From Eremomyces bilateralis CBS 781.70 (Eukaryota): 64,000 nucleotides of DNA. The DNA is taken from NCBI GenBank assembly GCA_010015585.1, contig ML975152.1; one strand, given 5' to 3'. Every line of letters begins with the position of its first letter. The first letter of the stretch is position 1. Under the pieces are notes generated by a model. It made no database searches. It saw only the letters and a list, made by a program, of their open reading frames with translations, and was not told where the DNA came from. The position numbers and the translations under genes were made by a program. Of this stretch, positions 60,747 to 64,000 are shown in pieces.

Positions 60747-63225
60747 GACGGCAGCTTTCTTTGAAGACCTGGGCATCCTTGATCAAGGCTGTTCTCGGGG
60801 CGTAATTGGGGATATGAAGGGGATAGCCAAAAGCACTGAATTTATTGCGGATTCGAGGGCCGTGGACTAAAACATAAAACTGTATATGAACTTCCCGAAC
60901 GGCGACTCTAGGCTGGGGGTTAAAGAAGATTCTGCAAATGAAATATACAATAGAGTTACAAGATTTGTCAGGAACAAATTCGAAGGCAACGATGGATGTG
61001 AAAGATAAGACTTATATTTCAGGTTTTCTGCGCAATGAGAGACGCGATATACGACAGCAACGGGCGACGCTATTCTAGAACATGATTCGGGCTAGAACGT
61101 AGGTTCAATGTACCAGCCACAGAAAGGGGCCACGGCATGCGAAGCCTCATTACGCCGAAACTTCAACTGGAATAGAGTGTACTCATCATCGCTCATTGCT
61201 TACGGCCATATTGAGCGAAGGTTGCGAATGGTACGACCGGCTCGATTGACTGTCGCACGGGCAGAAGAGATGGCCACCGGAAGGAAGCTAGTCTGGGATA
61301 CCAACTGGATGGATGATCTGCTGCACCGACGCCATTAGCTCTGCCCGATCGATGAACCACGCCAGGGCAACTCCGAGATAGCGTTATGGATCCCCCTGGC
61401 GTTCAATCGGACCGTTCAGCCCTACGGCTGGAGCCTAGATGCGTCTGCACGTCCGACCTATTAGGTCATGAACCGTCAGTTGTTACAGAAACACACCAGG
61501 CATCAACACTCCGCAGATTCGTTGGCGTGCGAGGCTTATGAGGCGGTCGAACTCTCTATCCGACCAAGGGATTACAGACAGGAATGGGCCTGTTCCGGAC
61601 GAAAAAGATATTGGAAATCAAATGCCAAAGACCATTTTCGAGGCGCCACCACGGTTGTCAGGCCGCAAGTTGACAGCGACGCGCACGACGGCGACAGATA
61701 TCTCTAAAGAAAGAAGCGGTCGCACCATGTTCGCCGGCATGGAGTGGCCATTGGTGCATGGACCGATCGCTCCATTCCCCGTTCCCGTCCGAGCGCCGTA
61801 AGCCGCTAAACACGAGGGGAGGTTGTATCGTGGATTTCCAACATCGTGGGGTTATGGTGATGGCTGCGGAGTTTTTGGGCTGTTTGGTGGCAAGCACGGC
61901 TCCCTCCGGAGCAGAAGCCTCGCGAAAGTCGCCAGCCATCCCTCAATGAGGATCTATGGAAATCCATGGTGCGATGAATATGCTCCTAAAGTTCGGGCCT
62001 GAGCGACGCAACATGACGAATATTTCGAGGTTGAGCAACTTGGTCGTTGAAATAGAAACGGGCGGTGCGCGATGTGGTTGCAATTGGATATTCAAGGCGT
62101 CAAGGCGCCAAGGGGGCCGTCCGAAGACCGAACTCCGAAGGATTTCACATCAAGGATGAGGTCGTCCAGACTCCGTCCCCACTTGAGCCGCGTTGAGCCT
62201 CATATCTGAGTAAGGTAAGGCAGAATTCGTGTCTGCCTACTTGACCTTTCTGGGGTTTCTTGCGGGGTGCCAACAGTCGACATAGTTATGCATCTGATGA
62301 GTGTGGTGGTGGCGTTGTTTAGGAGCCGCAGAGCCTCCACAGAAGAGTAAAGCAACAAGCGGTGACGTCGAATGTGTGGCGCAGTGTAAGCCGCCACACA
62401 TCCCTGTTAGGAGGTCTTGCACGTGTGGGATGATGATCATGGACGGAGTAGTTACAGTAGAGATGTGCACTTCTATCGTGGAGGAGTTAGGACTTAGGAG
62501 GCTTCAACCTCCCGTCGCAGCACCGCAGCCAGATTCCTTGACTGCCCGGTCTACAGTGCAATTAGGTCATCAAGTCAGCCTTGGTGTGGCTTCACGCTGC
62601 TGCTTGAAACTCCAAGCATGTCCTGATGCTAGTATACACGGCTGCATCTATATGGGCCGGACGGTGTGGAGGAGAAACCCACGGTGGTCGCGAAATCCTC
62701 AAGGTACCAGACCCTGGGCTCGCATATCATCGTGTGAATGAACCGAACCTCCGCAAGACTACCCCTTCGGGTTTGAGGGACGGCCGAATCAAGGATTACA
62801 AATGGATGGCTTACAAAAACTAATGCAACGAGAGAGGAAGGTTGGCGATTAAGTATTCGTCCAGGGATATTATCTCGGGCAACTCCGTCGGTGATAAGGC
62901 ACATCCTCACAATGTATCGTGGAACGAGCCCCGGCCCCGGCCTACCCTGAGCCACAGACTGACCATCTTACTTGACCCTGTCCTGCGGATGGGAATGTCT
63001 TGATACATTGACCGACGCCCCGAGCCGCCCACGGTCTACCCGACTCTGACTATCGTGTTTGCCGGTCCTATAGATAAGAATCTTATGTCCATTGACCAGC
63101 GCCCCCAGCCGCATACTTGATTCTTAAACCGAGACCCGCACATGCTGGGACATGGTCCACTCGAGTCGATCCATCAGGCAACGATCATCGTGACCTGTCG
63201 GCGAGCAATTCGAAGGTTGAATTGG

Positions 63226-64000
63226 TCAGAAACCCGCCTTCTGCCTCTTTTTCACCGGCCGTCCCTTGTCCGATTCGATCGATGCGTTCGACTTGTTTCG
63301 CTTCAAGGCCATCCATCCCTCCTCCTCTGCCTCTCCCGTCGCGCCCTTCGCACCTGTCCCCGGCCTAGAATCGCCCGTATCCGAACCCCCAGGCATGCCC
63401 ACGCCTTCGTCCCCATCATGCCGGAATTTCGCCCGCTTTCCCCTACTTTTGCCCATGCGTAAATCCATCACGCCGCCTTCCACCTCCGCGATGGAATCCT
63501 GCGACCGTCGCTTCCGTTTGTTGCGCTTCCGCTTGGTGTTGGGGGACATGGTTCGTTCGCGACGCCGTTCGGCGCGGCGGATCGCTTGCGCGCGGAGGCG
63601 GACTTCCACTTCGGCGGTGATGTCGTCGTACTCGACCGGGACGGTGTTGCTCTCTTCGGTGGATGGTTTAAGGCGCTTCGAAGGAGAGAGCTCGATCACG
63701 CTGTTTTCTAGAGAGCGTTTCACGGGGGTATCCGGTATGTGAGCTCCGGGAGCTGTAGCCAGCCGTACTTTGTGGGTTCTCGTCGCATCGTCCTCCGGAC
63801 TATTGCCACTCTCGTTTCGCTGATCGAAGGTCAACATGCGAGCCGGAGGGCAGGTCATGACACTTACCAGCTCTGCTTTGACCAGCCTTGCCTGGTCGAG
63901 CAATCGCGTGGATATGTCTAGCATTCCCTGTATGCGTCCGCGGAACACGCTCGAAGCATCATTGGCCAGGTCGGGATGTTGGACGATTTGGCTGATGATG
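63226..64000 (-). CDS. Hypothetical protein with basic NLS-like C-terminus; 5' part lies outside the window
   Basis: Frame open to the window edge. VPVEYDDITAEVEVRL..., KRKRNKRKRRS, KKRQK; probable in-frame intron ~63821-63868. Confidence 0.65.
   Translation of the reverse strand, partial: IISQIVQHPDLANDASSVFRGRIQGMLDISTRLLDQARLVKAELVSVMTCPPARMLTFDQRNESGNSPEDDATRTHKVRLATAPGAHIPDTPVKRSLENSVIELSPSKRLKPSTEESNTVPVEYDDITAEVEVRLRAQAIRRAERRRERTMSPNTKRKRNKRKRRSQDSIAEVEGGVMDLRMGKSRGKRAKFRHDGDEGVGMPGGSDTGDSRPGTGAKGATGEAEEEGWMALKRNKSNASIESDKGRPVKKRQKAGF

Noticed and set aside
63000..63116. Two degenerate copies of cattgacc..cgcccc.agccgc ~84 bp apart
   Set aside because: Short and degenerate, in a 3' flank; no function can be supported
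1..64000. tRNA, 5S rRNA or intact transposon genes
   Set aside because: No convincing tRNA cloverleaf, 5S sequence, transposase/RT/integrase motifs or terminal repeats seen by eye. tRNAscan-SE, Rfam and a repeat search are needed to exclude them.

Overview
Eukaryotic, intron-containing DNA from a filamentous ascomycete (Pezizomycotina; GT..AG introns with CTAAC/CTGAC branch sites). A finer taxonomic placement cannot be made from this window. About 24 protein-coding genes are supported. Housekeeping and metabolic genes: a YLR345W-type 6-phosphofructo-2-kinase, mitochondrial glutamyl-tRNA synthetase, external NADH dehydrogenase, Clg1-type cyclin, YML020W-like hydrolase, SPB1, thymine 7-hydroxylase, DNA ligase IV, cyanase, phospholipase D, PaaI thioesterase, DSBA-like protein, ERV41 and an NmrA-like reductase. 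Others: a CNOT11-like protein, a C2H2 protein, several small hydrophilins and a small secreted Cys-rich protein. The standout is a 67-codon gene hidden at the end of a longer spurious ORF (33428-33631, minus strand). It encodes three tandem copies of SAPVNNIDG(R/H)PYG-CT(V/I)M, each ending in a CaaX box, and lies one gene away from cyanase. It is best read as a multi-repeat a-factor-class (hybrid/h-type-like) mating pheromone precursor, with TATA and HMG-box-like motifs upstream. A second notable region is a lower-GC island (~44.0-50.8 kb) holding a decayed phosphotransferase, a long-intron DUF6604-like gene ending in CaaX, and gene fragments. Gene identities come from motif recognition and memory of the families, not database searches. 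Exon boundaries were read by eye.
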